Assembly: GCA_017397805.1 (NCBI GenBank)
Contig: JAFQHW010000010.1
Span: 2,069 to 66,068 of the forward strand
Length of the DNA: 64,000 nucleotides
Direction of reading: 5' to 3'
From: Clostridia bacterium
GTDB lineage: Bacteria > Bacillota > Clostridia > Oscillospirales > CAG-382
Part shown: positions 1 through 10,473 of the stretch, piece by piece
How the letters are laid out: each line of letters starts with the position of its first letter
Position numbering within the stretch: position 1 is the stretch's first letter
The notes under the pieces: generated by a model
What the model was told of the DNA's origin: nothing
What the model saw: the letters and a program-made list of their open reading frames with translations, nothing else
Databases searched by the model: none
Program-made: the position numbers and the translations under genes

Positions 1-1226
1 CGGATAGTTTTAATTATCTCGTCGATAAAGTCAAGTGCTTTCTTGTAGCCTTCGTAGATATGTGCCGCTTTTTCCGCCTTCGCCAAATCAAACTTGGTGC
101 GGCGTACTATAACGTCCTCCTGATGGCGTAGATAATGCTCTAACATCTCCTTAAGGTTAAGGGTCTTAGGCTCACCGTTAACCAGCGCCAGCATATTTAT
201 GGGGATAGTGTCCTGCATCTGTGTCATTTTGTACAGATTATTAAGCACTATCTGAGGGTTAGCATCCTTTTTAAGGTCAACGACCACCCTCATACCCTTT
301 TTACGGTCGGACTCGTTACGGATATCGCTTATGCCCTCTATCCTCTTGGTCTTAACCAAATCCACCATGCTTGCCAGCATAACGGAGCGGTTTACCTGAT
401 AAGGCATTTCCGTAACCACGATGCTCGTTCTGCCGTGTTTTTCTTCAAAATGAGCGGCGGCGCGCACCTTTGCTCTGCCTCTGCCCGTCATATACGCTTC
501 GTAAATGCCGGAAACACCGTAAAGCGTACCCGCAGTGGGAAAATCGGGTCCCTTTATAAACTGCATAAGGTCGGGCACCGTACAGTCGGGGTTATCTATA
601 AGATGATTAAGTGCATCGATAACCTCACCCATATTATGGGGCGGGATATTGGTTGCCATACCAACCGCAATACCTACCGAGCCGTTAACCAAAAGGTTGG
701 GGAAACGGCAAGGAAGCACCTCAGGCTCTTTAAGAGTGTTATCGAAGTTGGGTAAGAAATCCACCACGTTCTTTTCTATATCCGACAGCATAAGATTTGA
801 AATCTTGGTCATACGGCTTTCCGTATAACGGTATGCCGCCGCCTTATCACCGTCGATGGTACCGAAGTTACCCTGACCGTCAATAAGGGGATACCTTAAA
901 GAAAAGCTTTGTGCCATACGCACCATGGTATCGTAAACAGCCGCGTCACCGTGGGGATGGTATCTACCAAGCACAGCACCGACGGTGGTAGCGCACTTAC
1001 GGTAATCGTGATCGTAAGTAAGCTTATCCTCGTTCATAGCGTAGAGGATACGGCGGTGAACGGGCTTCAAACCGTCACGCACGTCGGGTAATGCTCTGCC
1101 CACTATTACGGACATGGCGTAGTCAATATAGGCGGTCTTTACCTCGCCTTTTATATCTACGTCAAGTATTCTTTGGTTATAATGATGCTCGTATTCTTTT
1201 TCTATGTTTTTGTTTTCGTTATCCAT
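1..1226 (-). CDS. gyrA: DNA gyrase subunit A, N-terminal ~408 codons (rest runs off the left edge)
   Basis: My own minus-strand translation from the ATG (cat at 1224-1226) gives MDNENKN...[29 protein letters not shown]...[29 protein letters not shown] lies just upstream. It is absent from the ORF track because no stop falls in the window. It follows gyrB as in the canonical origin cluster. Confidence 0.95.
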   Translation of the reverse strand, partial: MDNENKNIEKEYEHHYNQRILDVDIKGEVKTAYIDYAMSVIVGRALPDVRDGLKPVHRRILYAMNEDKLTYDHDYRKCATTVGAVLGRYHPHGDAAVYDTMVRMAQSFSLRYPLIDGQGNFGTIDGDKAAAYRYTESRMTKISNLMLSDIEKNVVDFLPNFDNTLKEPEVLPCRFPNLLVNGSVGIAVGMATNIPPHNMGEVIDALNHLIDNPDCTVPDLMQFIKGPDFPTAGTLYGVSGIYEAYMTGRGRAKVRAAAHFEEKHGRTSIVVTEMPYQVNRSVMLASMVDLVKTKRIEGISDIRNESDRKKGMRVVVDLKKDANPQIVLNNLYKMTQMQDTIPINMLALVNGEPKTLNLKEMLEHYLRHQEDVIVRRTKFDLAKAEKAAHIYEGYKKALDFIDEIIKTI

Positions 1227-1240
1227 CTGAAATCCCTCCC

Positions 1241-3163
<1,923 letters not shown>

Positions 3164-3172
3164 TTATATTCC

Positions 3173-3421
3173 TCACTTTTCCGTCCTTCCGCGGTTTTTA
3201 AGCACCTTTGCGGAAAGAGATGTTATATATATTCTGTCAGTATATTCGTTATCTGCCAGCACGAAGGCGTTTGGCAGGTCCGTACACAGATTGACCGCTT
3301 TGTATTCCTTTTGCATCCGTGCCAAAAAATTTTTGGTATCACCGGACTCGGTGGCTTTGTCTATATCAAAAATCCCTATTATCTCTCTGTCGCGAACCGT
3401 TTCATTCTTTCCCAAGTGCAT
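3173..3421 (-). CDS. remB: DUF370 / RemB (YaaB)-like small protein
   Basis: 82 aa. The N-terminus MHLGKNETVRDREIIGIFDID resembles B. subtilis YaaB/RemB, and it occupies the same recF-gyrB slot. Confidence 0.7.
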   Translation of the reverse strand: MHLGKNETVRDREIIGIFDIDKATESGDTKNFLARMQKEYKAVNLCTDLPNAFVLADNEYTDRIYITSLSAKVLKNRGRTEK

Positions 3422-4544
3422 TATTTTCCTCTCCCTCAGCTTTTTCCGCGATGCACATACCTTTCTCTACCCTTATGCGGTTTTGTGTGTTCAGGGTTGA
3501 AAAATACTCTTTTTCACAGGCGGTTATAATAACCTGTCTACCCACGGTTTTTCTAAGGATTATCTCCCGCCTGCTTTCGTCCAGCTCGCTTAATATATCG
3601 TCAAAGAGAAAAACGGGATACTCGCCGGTTATTTTTCTGGACATCTCACCCTCGGCCAATTTTAAAGCAAGCACTGCACTTCTTTGTTGCCCCTGAGATG
3701 CAAAAAACCTTCCGTTTTTGCCGTTAAGATAAATCGTAAAGTCATCTTTATGGGTACCGAAAAGACTTATACCACGCAAAATTTCCGTTTCTGCCTTGCC
3801 GTTAAGGTAGGCAAGCATTGCCTGCCTGGTTTCCTCGGCGGTTTCCGGCTCGTCCTCAAAACAGCCGTTGTATTTAAGCTTCAAGCTTTCACGACCGCCG
3901 CTTATTTCTTCTTGCTGAAGAGCTGCACATTCCTCAAGCTGTTTTAAAAACCGCCTTCGGTTAAAGCTTATCGCCGCCGCGGCAGAGGACAGTTTTTCGT
4001 TGTATATGCCCAGCATATCTCTTTTATAGCCTATATCGCCCTCTTGCTTGAGCAAAGCGTTTTTTTGTATTATTATTTTATTGTACTCGTTCAGATATGA
4101 AACGTATCTCGGATAGGATTGGCATATTGCCATATCTATAAATCGGCGGCGGTTTTCCGGCTGACCCTTTATCAGATTAAGGTGGTCGGGTGTGAAAATA
4201 ACCGCCCTGAAGGCACCTAAATATTCCGATAGCTTGGTCACACCGTTACCGTTACGAAAAAACTCACGCCTGCGGTTTTTGTAAAGCTTTACGCCAAGCC
4301 TCGTTTCCTTTACTCTGTCTTTAAAGGAAAGCTCGGCGGCGGCACCTTCCTCACCAAAACTTATAAGCTCTCTGTCCTTACAGCTGCGAAAGCTTTTACC
4401 TGCGGCAAAATAAAATATTCCCTCAAGAATATTGGTCTTACCTGCGGCGTTCTCGCCGTAGATAATATTTACTCCGTCGGCAAAAGAAAGCTCGCTATGC
4501 TTATTGTTTCTGAAATTTACAAGCTTTAAGCTTTTTATCTGCAT
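3402..4544 (-). CDS. recF: DNA replication/repair protein RecF
   Basis: 380 aa. Walker A GENAAGKTNILE and the SMC-like signature SQGQQRS...LFDDILSELD. Synteny after dnaN. Confidence 0.95.
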   Translation of the reverse strand: MQIKSLKLVNFRNNKHSELSFADGVNIIYGENAAGKTNILEGIFYFAAGKSFRSCKDRELISFGEEGAAAELSFKDRVKETRLGVKLYKNRRREFFRNGNGVTKLSEYLGAFRAVIFTPDHLNLIKGQPENRRRFIDMAICQSYPRYVSYLNEYNKIIIQKNALLKQEGDIGYKRDMLGIYNEKLSSAAAAISFNRRRFLKQLEECAALQQEEISGGRESLKLKYNGCFEDEPETAEETRQAMLAYLNGKAETEILRGISLFGTHKDDFTIYLNGKNGRFFASQGQQRSAVLALKLAEGEMSRKITGEYPVFLFDDILSELDESRREIILRKTVGRQVIITACEKEYFSTLNTQNRIRVEKGMCIAEKAEGEENNALGKE

Positions 4545-4545
4545 T

Positions 4546-5673
4546 TTATCCGTTAAGCCTCATGGGAAGCACCAAGTAAAGATACTTGCTTCCTTCTTTT
4601 TCCACTGCGGGGGTTATTACCATTGACATCAGGGGTGAAGAAAGAGAAGCCAATATAAGCTCGTCCTTACAAGCCCTTAAAGCATCCAGCAAATAACGGT
4701 TGTTAAAGCCTATTTCTATATCCTCGCCGTCCTTGCTTACGGGGATATTATCGTTTACCTTACCGTATTGGGTATTACAGGAAACGTTTAAGTTACCGTC
4801 CTTAAAACTGCATTTAAGGGGAGTTATAAGCTTATCGTCTATGAGCAAGGAAGCTCTTTCAACACTGTCTATAAACAGACCGGTATCTACTTTTACGAAT
4901 ATTTTATTTTGAGTGGGGATGGCTTTTCTGTAATCAAAGAACTCACCCTCTATAAGACGGGAGAAGAAAACCGTACTGCCCACCTTCATAATAATGTGCT
5001 TACCCGTAAGCTCTACCTCCACGGTTTCGTCAGCATCCGTAAGAAGCTTTGAAAATTCGTAGATGCTCTTGCCGGGAACTATAAAGCCCATTTCCGTATT
5101 ACTTACGGCGGAAATTGCGCTTTCTTCTTCACGTAAAGCCATACGGTGGTTATCAAGGGCAACCACTGTCAGCTTATTTTCTTTTATCTCAAAATATTCA
5201 CCGGTAAGTATGGGGCGCGCATCCGTTTGCGCTACCGCAAAATAAGTGGAAGAAATTATTTCTTTTAACAGTCCTGCGTTTATTCTGAAGCTTTTATCAC
5301 CGCTGAGCTCAGGCAGATTGGGAAAAGCTTCTGCAGAAAGAGCGTGTACAGAAAACTCACTCATACCACCGCTTATGGTAACGGTGTTCTTTTCGTTGAT
5401 CTCAAAGCATATATCACAATCGGGGAAGTTACGTACTATCGCGCTTATCTTCTGTGCGTTAAGTATAACCGCGCCGTCTCCTTCACCCAAAACGGTGGTA
5501 ACGGTTTTTACACCTTTTTCCAAATCGTAGCCGCAAACGGAAAGCTCGTTACCGCAAAGCTCGAACAAAAGACCTTCCAATGCGGGAAGCGTGCTTTTAT
5601 TGGAGGAAGCGGCAAGGGCAGGCATTATTGCGGAAAGCAAGGTTTTTCTGTCTGAAGTAAATCTAAGTGCCAT
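4546..5673 (-). CDS. dnaN: DNA polymerase III beta sliding clamp
   Basis: The ORF 4546..5712 is clamp-like throughout. I prefer the internal start MALRF (cat at 5671-5673) because a GGGGAG RBS lies upstream, whereas nothing RBS-like precedes 5712. Confidence 0.9.
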   Translation of the reverse strand: MALRFTSDRKTLLSAIMPALAASSNKSTLPALEGLLFELCGNELSVCGYDLEKGVKTVTTVLGEGDGAVILNAQKISAIVRNFPDCDICFEINEKNTVTISGGMSEFSVHALSAEAFPNLPELSGDKSFRINAGLLKEIISSTYFAVAQTDARPILTGEYFEIKENKLTVVALDNHRMALREEESAISAVSNTEMGFIVPGKSIYEFSKLLTDADETVEVELTGKHIIMKVGSTVFFSRLIEGEFFDYRKAIPTQNKIFVKVDTGLFIDSVERASLLIDDKLITPLKCSFKDGNLNVSCNTQYGKVNDNIPVSKDGEDIEIGFNNRYLLDALRACKDELILASLSSPLMSMVITPAVEKEGSKYLYLVLPMRLNG

Positions 5674-5712
5674 TTTTAAAAAAATTTCTCCCCTTCGTAA
5701 ATCAAATATCAT

Positions 5713-5877
5713 ATATCGAATTTCTATAGGATTAATAGTAGTAGTACTATTAGGAACTGCGGAAAATGAGGGAAACTTCGTTTTTCCGCTTTTTTCTTGG
5801 CTTTTTCGACGGTTTTCTCTGTGGAAAATCCTGTCCGAACGGTATGGAAAAATTTTGGAAAAGTAGGGAAAGTTTTT
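5713..5877. promoter_or_regulatory. dnaA-dnaN intergenic DnaA-box-like cluster (candidate oriC half)
   Basis: Five nnnGGAAAA nonamers fall within 105 bp. They are TGCGGAAAA 5758-5766, AGCGGAAAA (reverse) 5782-5790, TGTGGAAAA 5820-5828 (8/9 to TGTGGATAA), TATGGAAAA 5843-5851 and TTTGGAAAA 5854-5862. Confidence 0.5.
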
Positions 5878-7245
5878 CTAAGAATTAAGCTCTTTCTCTA
5901 TAGATTCCATTTCTCGCCTGAAATTATCGGAAGTCTTCATTTTTTCCTCAATTTTCTGACAAGATTCCATAATCGTGCTGTGGTGTTTGCGGAGAACTGT
6001 TCCTATCTCCTTAAAAGTCATGTTAAGAAGGTTGCGCATAAGGTACGCGCAGATGTGGCGGGCGTTCTTAATTGAAGAGTCACGCTTACTGCCCGTTATA
6101 TCTTCCTTTTTTATCTCGTAGCGCATGGAAATATACTTTAATATCTTCTCGGAATTTACGCTGTCTTCCTCCGCTTTTTTAAGGTATTCGGAAAGCACTC
6201 TCTTCGCCATGGCAAAGCTTATTTTTTCACCGCCTATAAGACTGTGGGCTTTGAGGGTTTTTATTGCGCCTTCTATCTGTCTGATGTTGGTTTTTATGTT
6301 TTCTGCAAGATACTGCAAAACGTCGTTGGGTATATCTACCCCGAAAGACTCTGCCTTTCTTTTAAAGATTGCCTGCCTTAATTCCTCATCCGGCGGCTGA
6401 ATGTCTATAACACCGCCTGCGGAGAAACGGGAGGTCAAGCGCTTGTCTATATCCTGAAGCTCCGAAGGCTGCTTGTCCGACGCGAAAACTATCTGTTTAC
6501 CCTTATTGTACAACGCCTCAAAGGTATGGAACATCTCCTCCTGTACCGCGTGCTTGCCCTTTAGGAACTGAATATCGTCTATCAGCAAAAAGTCCAGATT
6601 ACGGAACTTGGACCTGAACTCCATAGGGTCCTTCTTTTTTGCTATGCTTTCGATAAGTAAGTTGGTAAAGGCTTCACAAGTTATGTAAACCACTTTAAAA
6701 TCCGGCTTATTTTCAAGTATATCGTTTATTATTGCAAACAGTAAATGGGTCTTACCCAAGCCGGAGGGACCGTATAAGAACAGAGGGTTATAAAATTCAG
6801 CCGGATAGCGGCAAGCCATAAGGCTGGTTTCGTAGGCTACGCGGTTGGAAGAGCCTACCACAAAGTTCTCGAAGGTATAAGCGGGGTTTACCATGGGAAG
6901 TTCCTCAAGCCTTCTTGCCCTTGCTTCCTCCTCTTTTTTCTTCTCTAACTCCTCTTCTCTTTTCTTCTCGTCCTCTTTTTCTATTTCCGCGCGGGTGCGG
7001 AACACAAGAGTTACGTCATCTCGCTCCAGCTCTATCTCAAAAGCCTCGGTCAGATCGTCCACGTAAGAGGTCAAAACCTTGTTACGCTTAAAATCATTCT
7101 CACATATAAGAGTAACGGTGCCGCCGTCAATACTTTGAACCGTCATGGGTTTTATCCAGAGGTTCATGGTAATATCAATATAATCAAGCTCTTCCTCAAG
7201 GTAATCCAAAACGCCTTGAAAAATAGTTTCTTTACTTAAACCCAT
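5878..7245 (-). CDS. dnaA: Chromosomal replication initiator DnaA
   Basis: 455 aa. AAA+ Walker A GPSGLGKTHLL, box VII, and the C-terminal DNA-binding motif IARHICAYLMRNLLNMTFKEIG. Confidence 0.97.
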   Translation of the reverse strand: MGLSKETIFQGVLDYLEEELDYIDITMNLWIKPMTVQSIDGGTVTLICENDFKRNKVLTSYVDDLTEAFEIELERDDVTLVFRTRAEIEKEDEKKREEELEKKKEEEARARRLEELPMVNPAYTFENFVVGSSNRVAYETSLMACRYPAEFYNPLFLYGPSGLGKTHLLFAIINDILENKPDFKVVYITCEAFTNLLIESIAKKKDPMEFRSKFRNLDFLLIDDIQFLKGKHAVQEEMFHTFEALYNKGKQIVFASDKQPSELQDIDKRLTSRFSAGGVIDIQPPDEELRQAIFKRKAESFGVDIPNDVLQYLAENIKTNIRQIEGAIKTLKAHSLIGGEKISFAMAKRVLSEYLKKAEEDSVNSEKILKYISMRYEIKKEDITGSKRDSSIKNARHICAYLMRNLLNMTFKEIGTVLRKHHSTIMESCQKIEEKMKTSDNFRREMESIEKELNS

Positions 7246-7423
7246 ATTTTTATCCTTTCTCAGCCAAAAATAAAGATCGGCTGAAGTATCAATATCCGAA
7301 AAATGCGCATATATACACTATTATAGTATATACTTATATATAGTATAGCATAAACATTACATAAAGTAAATAGCGCGCAAAAAAATTTTTTTAAAAGACG
7401 TGGAATAAATTTAATAAAAACCC
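7246..7423. promoter_or_regulatory. AT-rich region between divergent dnaA and rpmH (candidate oriC unwinding region and dnaA promoter)
   Basis: Very AT-rich with reiterated TATAGTATA/TATATA motifs (about 7300-7370). It sits between divergently transcribed dnaA and rpmH as in Firmicutes origins. Only weak (6/9) DnaA-box matches occur here. Confidence 0.45.
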
Positions 7424-7451
7424 TTGACAAATCTTGAAAAATGTGTATAAA
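7424..7451 (+). promoter_or_regulatory. sigma-A type promoter of rpmH-rnpA operon
   Basis: TTGACA (7424-7429), 16-nt spacer, TATAAA (7446-7451). Confidence 0.6.
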
Positions 7452-7518
7452 ATATATGTTGCTGCTTTAAAAGAGCAAAAACTCGGCATTTACAGTTATT
7501 TAAGGAGGTGCAAATACC

Positions 7519-7653
7519 GTGTTAAGAACATATCAGCCCAAAAAGCGTCACAGAAAGATGGAGCATGGCTTCAGAAAGAGAATGGCTACTGCTAACGGCA
7601 GAAAAGTGCTTAAGAGAAGAAGAGCAAAGGGTAGAGCAAGACTCACCTATTAA
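7519..7653 (+). CDS. rpmH: 50S ribosomal protein L34
   Basis: Not in the ORF track (GTG start, 44 aa). My translation is [44 protein letters not shown]. An AAGGAGG RBS lies 8 nt upstream. Confidence 0.95.
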   Translation: MLRTYQPKKRHRKMEHGFRKRMATANGRKVLKRRRAKGRARLTY

Positions 7654-7667
7654 TTTTTCGGTTATAG

Positions 7668-8015
7668 ATGGTAACGGCAATGAAGTTCCCTGTTATAAAG
7701 GAAAATCATTTGTTTCAAAAAGTCTACGATAAAGGCAGATGTTACGTTTCTGAGGGTTTGGCGGTCTACGTGCTGAAAAACCGTAACAGAGAGGTAACGG
7801 CTGTCGGCTTCACCGTATCTAAAAACAGAGGGAATGCGGTTCTGCGGAACACCGTCAGAAGACGGATGAGAGATGCGTACCGCATTCTTTACCCATATCT
7901 AAATAAAGGGTATTTAATCGTAATAGTCGCCAGACAACCGTGTATTAATTTCAATTCAACCGAGCTTTGCGAGCAGCTTTGCGGTTCATTTAGAAAGGCG
8001 GCCCTGTTTTTGTAA
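7668..8015 (+). CDS. rnpA: Ribonuclease P protein component
   Basis: 115 aa, basic, FTVSKNRGNAVLRNTVRRRMRDAYR motif. Follows rpmH. The start could instead be the M at 7680. Confidence 0.9.
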   Translation: MVTAMKFPVIKENHLFQKVYDKGRCYVSEGLAVYVLKNRNREVTAVGFTVSKNRGNAVLRNTVRRRMRDAYRILYPYLNKGYLIVIVARQPCINFNSTELCEQLCGSFRKAALFL

Positions 8016-8066
8016 GATCTCCCCCCTCTTTTAGCGGAGGTTTTTTCGGTGTGATTTAAGATTTTA

Positions 8067-8297
8067 ATGAAAAAAATATTTATTTACCTTATAAGGCTCT
8101 ATCAAAAGCATATTTCATCAGGAACCCGTCGGCATTGCAGATTCACGCCGACCTGTTCTCAATACGCTATAGAAGCGATTAGTGAGTGGGGTGCTTTTAG
8201 GGGCTTTTTTTTGGCTTTATACAGGATATTGCGCTGTAACCCTCTTTGTAAGTACGGGTACGACCCTGTACCCTTAAGGAAAGATAAGAAAGGGTAA
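8067..8297 (+). CDS. yidD: Membrane protein insertion efficiency factor YidD
   Basis: 76 aa with [15 protein letters not shown]...RILRCNPL...GYDPVP. Confidence 0.9.
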   Translation: MKKIFIYLIRLYQKHISSGTRRHCRFTPTCSQYAIEAISEWGAFRGFFLALYRILRCNPLCKYGYDPVPLRKDKKG

Positions 8298-8302
8298 AGG
8301 AA

Positions 8303-9757
8303 ATGTTTGATTTTTTATACGTAATTATAGGTTGGATAATGAAGCTGTGCTACAGCATATCATTTAACAACTATATTATTACCCTGTTTATTTTTGCGCT
8401 TGTTATGCAGGTTATTCTTTTTCCATTTGGTATCAAGCAGCAGAAGTCTTCCGTTAAGTTGGCGTCTATCAGACCCAAGGAGATGGCTATAAGACAAAAG
8501 TATAAGGGCAGAAACGACCGTGTTACACAGCAGAAGATGCAAATGGAAATACAGGAGATGTACAAGGCGGAGAATTACAGCCCCACAGCAGGTTGTTTGC
8601 CTTTGCTGATGCAAATGCCCATAATTTTGGCACTTTTCGGCGTTGTAAGATTGCCCATAACTTATTCTACGAGTATTGACGACGTACAAGGCTTGTACGT
8701 TGAGGCTTATCATATTGCCGAAAACCAGAAGGAAGCATACGAGTTGTGGATGGAAAACGATCCCGACGTGAAGAAGCATTGCGAAAGCATGATTGACGAG
8801 CTTGAAGAAATGCAAAATCGTATTATTCTCAAAAAGGAAGGCGATAAGAGTCCTACACAGTTTGACGAGCTTTCCATGGTTAAGTTCATGCAAAAGGGTA
8901 TAGACAACTTTATGGCTGATTTCGGCTACGAAAACGGCGTTTATACCAAGCTTGAAGCGTTGAAAGCCGGCGAGACCGATGCGGAACTCGGCAAGGACAA
9001 GGAATACAGCGTATTCAAAGAAGGAAGCTTTATGGATAAGCTTTTGTATAAGGAAAACGCACTTGTATCCGCAAATACCGAAGAAGTTTACGACTTTAAC
9101 GCATTTTTAGAGGAAAAGGGTATTTATACGGAAGAAAAACAGAAGGAAGTGGAAAACGGCAGTTACAGCTTCCCCGATTTTGATTTCATCGGTGATACTA
9201 CCACTCTTGATACTCCTTCCTTCTCTCTTAATTGGCTGTTGCTCGTACCCATATTGGTATTCATATCCAGCTTCCTGTCTTCTGAGATATCCAGAAGAAT
9301 CACCACCCAGCCGGTTTCTGACCCCAACCAGCCTAACCCCAACAGCGGCTTTATGCGTTGGATGATGCCCGCCATGTCTACCTATTTTGCATTCACTTTC
9401 CCTGCGGCAATAGGTATTTACTGGGTGTTCAGAAGCATATTCTCCGTAGGTCAGCAGTTTATATTGACTAAGATGTATCCCGCACCCAAGTTTACCGAGG
9501 AAGATATGAAGAAGGCGGTAAGCGAGGTTAAGGCGGCTAAAAAGCGTAAGAAGCTTATTACCATCGAGGTTGACGAGGACGATACTTCCTACGATGATCT
9601 TGCAATAAGCGAAGAAAAAGCAGAGAAGATCCGTCGCCGTAAGGAAAAGCTTGAGCGTGAAGCGGCTGAAAAGGCTTCCGAAGCCAAGAAAGAGGAAAAA
9701 GCTTCTTTGGTTGAAAAGCCCGTTTTGAAAGACGACGACAGCGACAGAAAGGAATAA
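8303..9757 (+). CDS. yidC: YidC/Oxa1 family membrane insertase (unusually long, 484 aa)
   Basis: Conserved YidC core segments (KYKGRNDRVTQQKMQMEIQEMYKAENYSPTAGCLPLLMQMPI and MMPAMSTYFAFTFPAAIGIYWVFRSIFSVGQQ) are separated by a roughly 180-aa insert. A roughly 90-aa K/E-rich tail follows. Confidence 0.9.
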   Translation: MFDFLYVIIGWIMKLCYSISFNNYIITLFIFALVMQVILFPFGIKQQKSSVKLASIRPKEMAIRQKYKGRNDRVTQQKMQMEIQEMYKAENYSPTAGCLPLLMQMPIILALFGVVRLPITYSTSIDDVQGLYVEAYHIAENQKEAYELWMENDPDVKKHCESMIDELEEMQNRIILKKEGDKSPTQFDELSMVKFMQKGIDNFMADFGYENGVYTKLEALKAGETDAELGKDKEYSVFKEGSFMDKLLYKENALVSANTEEVYDFNAFLEEKGIYTEEKQKEVENGSYSFPDFDFIGDTTTLDTPSFSLNWLLLVPILVFISSFLSSEISRRITTQPVSDPNQPNPNSGFMRWMMPAMSTYFAFTFPAAIGIYWVFRSIFSVGQQFILTKMYPAPKFTEEDMKKAVSEVKAAKKRKKLITIEVDEDDTSYDDLAISEEKAEKIRRRKEKLEREAAEKASEAKKEEKASLVEKPVLKDDDSDRKE

Positions 9758-9761
9758 TTCT

Positions 9762-10394
9762 ATGATAAAGGAAACCACCGTTTCCGCAAAGACCGTAGAC
9801 CTTGCAGTGCAAATGGGCGCTGAAGAGCTTGGTTACGGTGTGGAAAAGGTAAAATATGAAGTTATAGAGGAAGGCAAAAAAGGTATTCTCGGCATAGGCA
9901 GCAGTAACGCAGTGGTAAGAGTTTATCACGAGGATACACCTACCGAGATAGCACTGAACTTTATAGGCACTCTCCTTGAAAATATGGGCGTTAACGCATC
10001 AGTTGCCGTTAAAGCAGAGGATGATGAGGGTGTGCAGATTGAGATAACGGGCGAAAATTTGGGACTTCTCATAGGCAAACACGGTGATATGCTTGATTCC
10101 GTTCAGTATCTTGCAACCCTTGCCGCTAACAAGGACAGAGATAAGGACGATTTCTTCCGTATCTCCGTTGACGTGGAAGGCTACAGAGAAAAGCGTGCCG
10201 AGGCGCTTCGTGCACTTGCAAGAAGAATGGCAGACAGAGTGCTTCGTTCCCGCCGCAACTATACTCTTGAGCCTATGAACGCTTACGAGCGCCGCATAAT
10301 CCACAGCGAAATTCAGCTTATAGAAGGCGTTACGACTTATTCAATAGGTCAGGACGTGGACAGAAAGATAGTTATAAGCTTAGAAAAGAAATAA
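9762..10394 (+). CDS. jag: Jag/KhpB RNA-binding protein (Jag_N, KH, R3H)
   Basis: 210 aa. R3H motif YERRIIHSEIQ and synteny after yidC. Confidence 0.9.
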   Translation: MIKETTVSAKTVDLAVQMGAEELGYGVEKVKYEVIEEGKKGILGIGSSNAVVRVYHEDTPTEIALNFIGTLLENMGVNASVAVKAEDDEGVQIEITGENLGLLIGKHGDMLDSVQYLATLAANKDRDKDDFFRISVDVEGYREKRAEALRALARRMADRVLRSRRNYTLEPMNAYERRIIHSEIQLIEGVTTYSIGQDVDRKIVISLEKK

Positions 10395-10407
10395 AAAAAT
10401 AATAAAG

Positions 10408-10446
10408 TGCCGAGTTACCTTTTTTGGGAAACTCGGCATTTTTTTC
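10408..10446. terminator. Bidirectional rho-independent terminator
   Basis: Stem TGCCGAGTT/AACTCGGCA, flanked by an A-rich run on the left and T8 on the right. Lies between convergent jag and the 10474 gene. Confidence 0.8.
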
Positions 10447-10473
10447 AGTTATATTCGGCTAAAGCCGAGTTTT

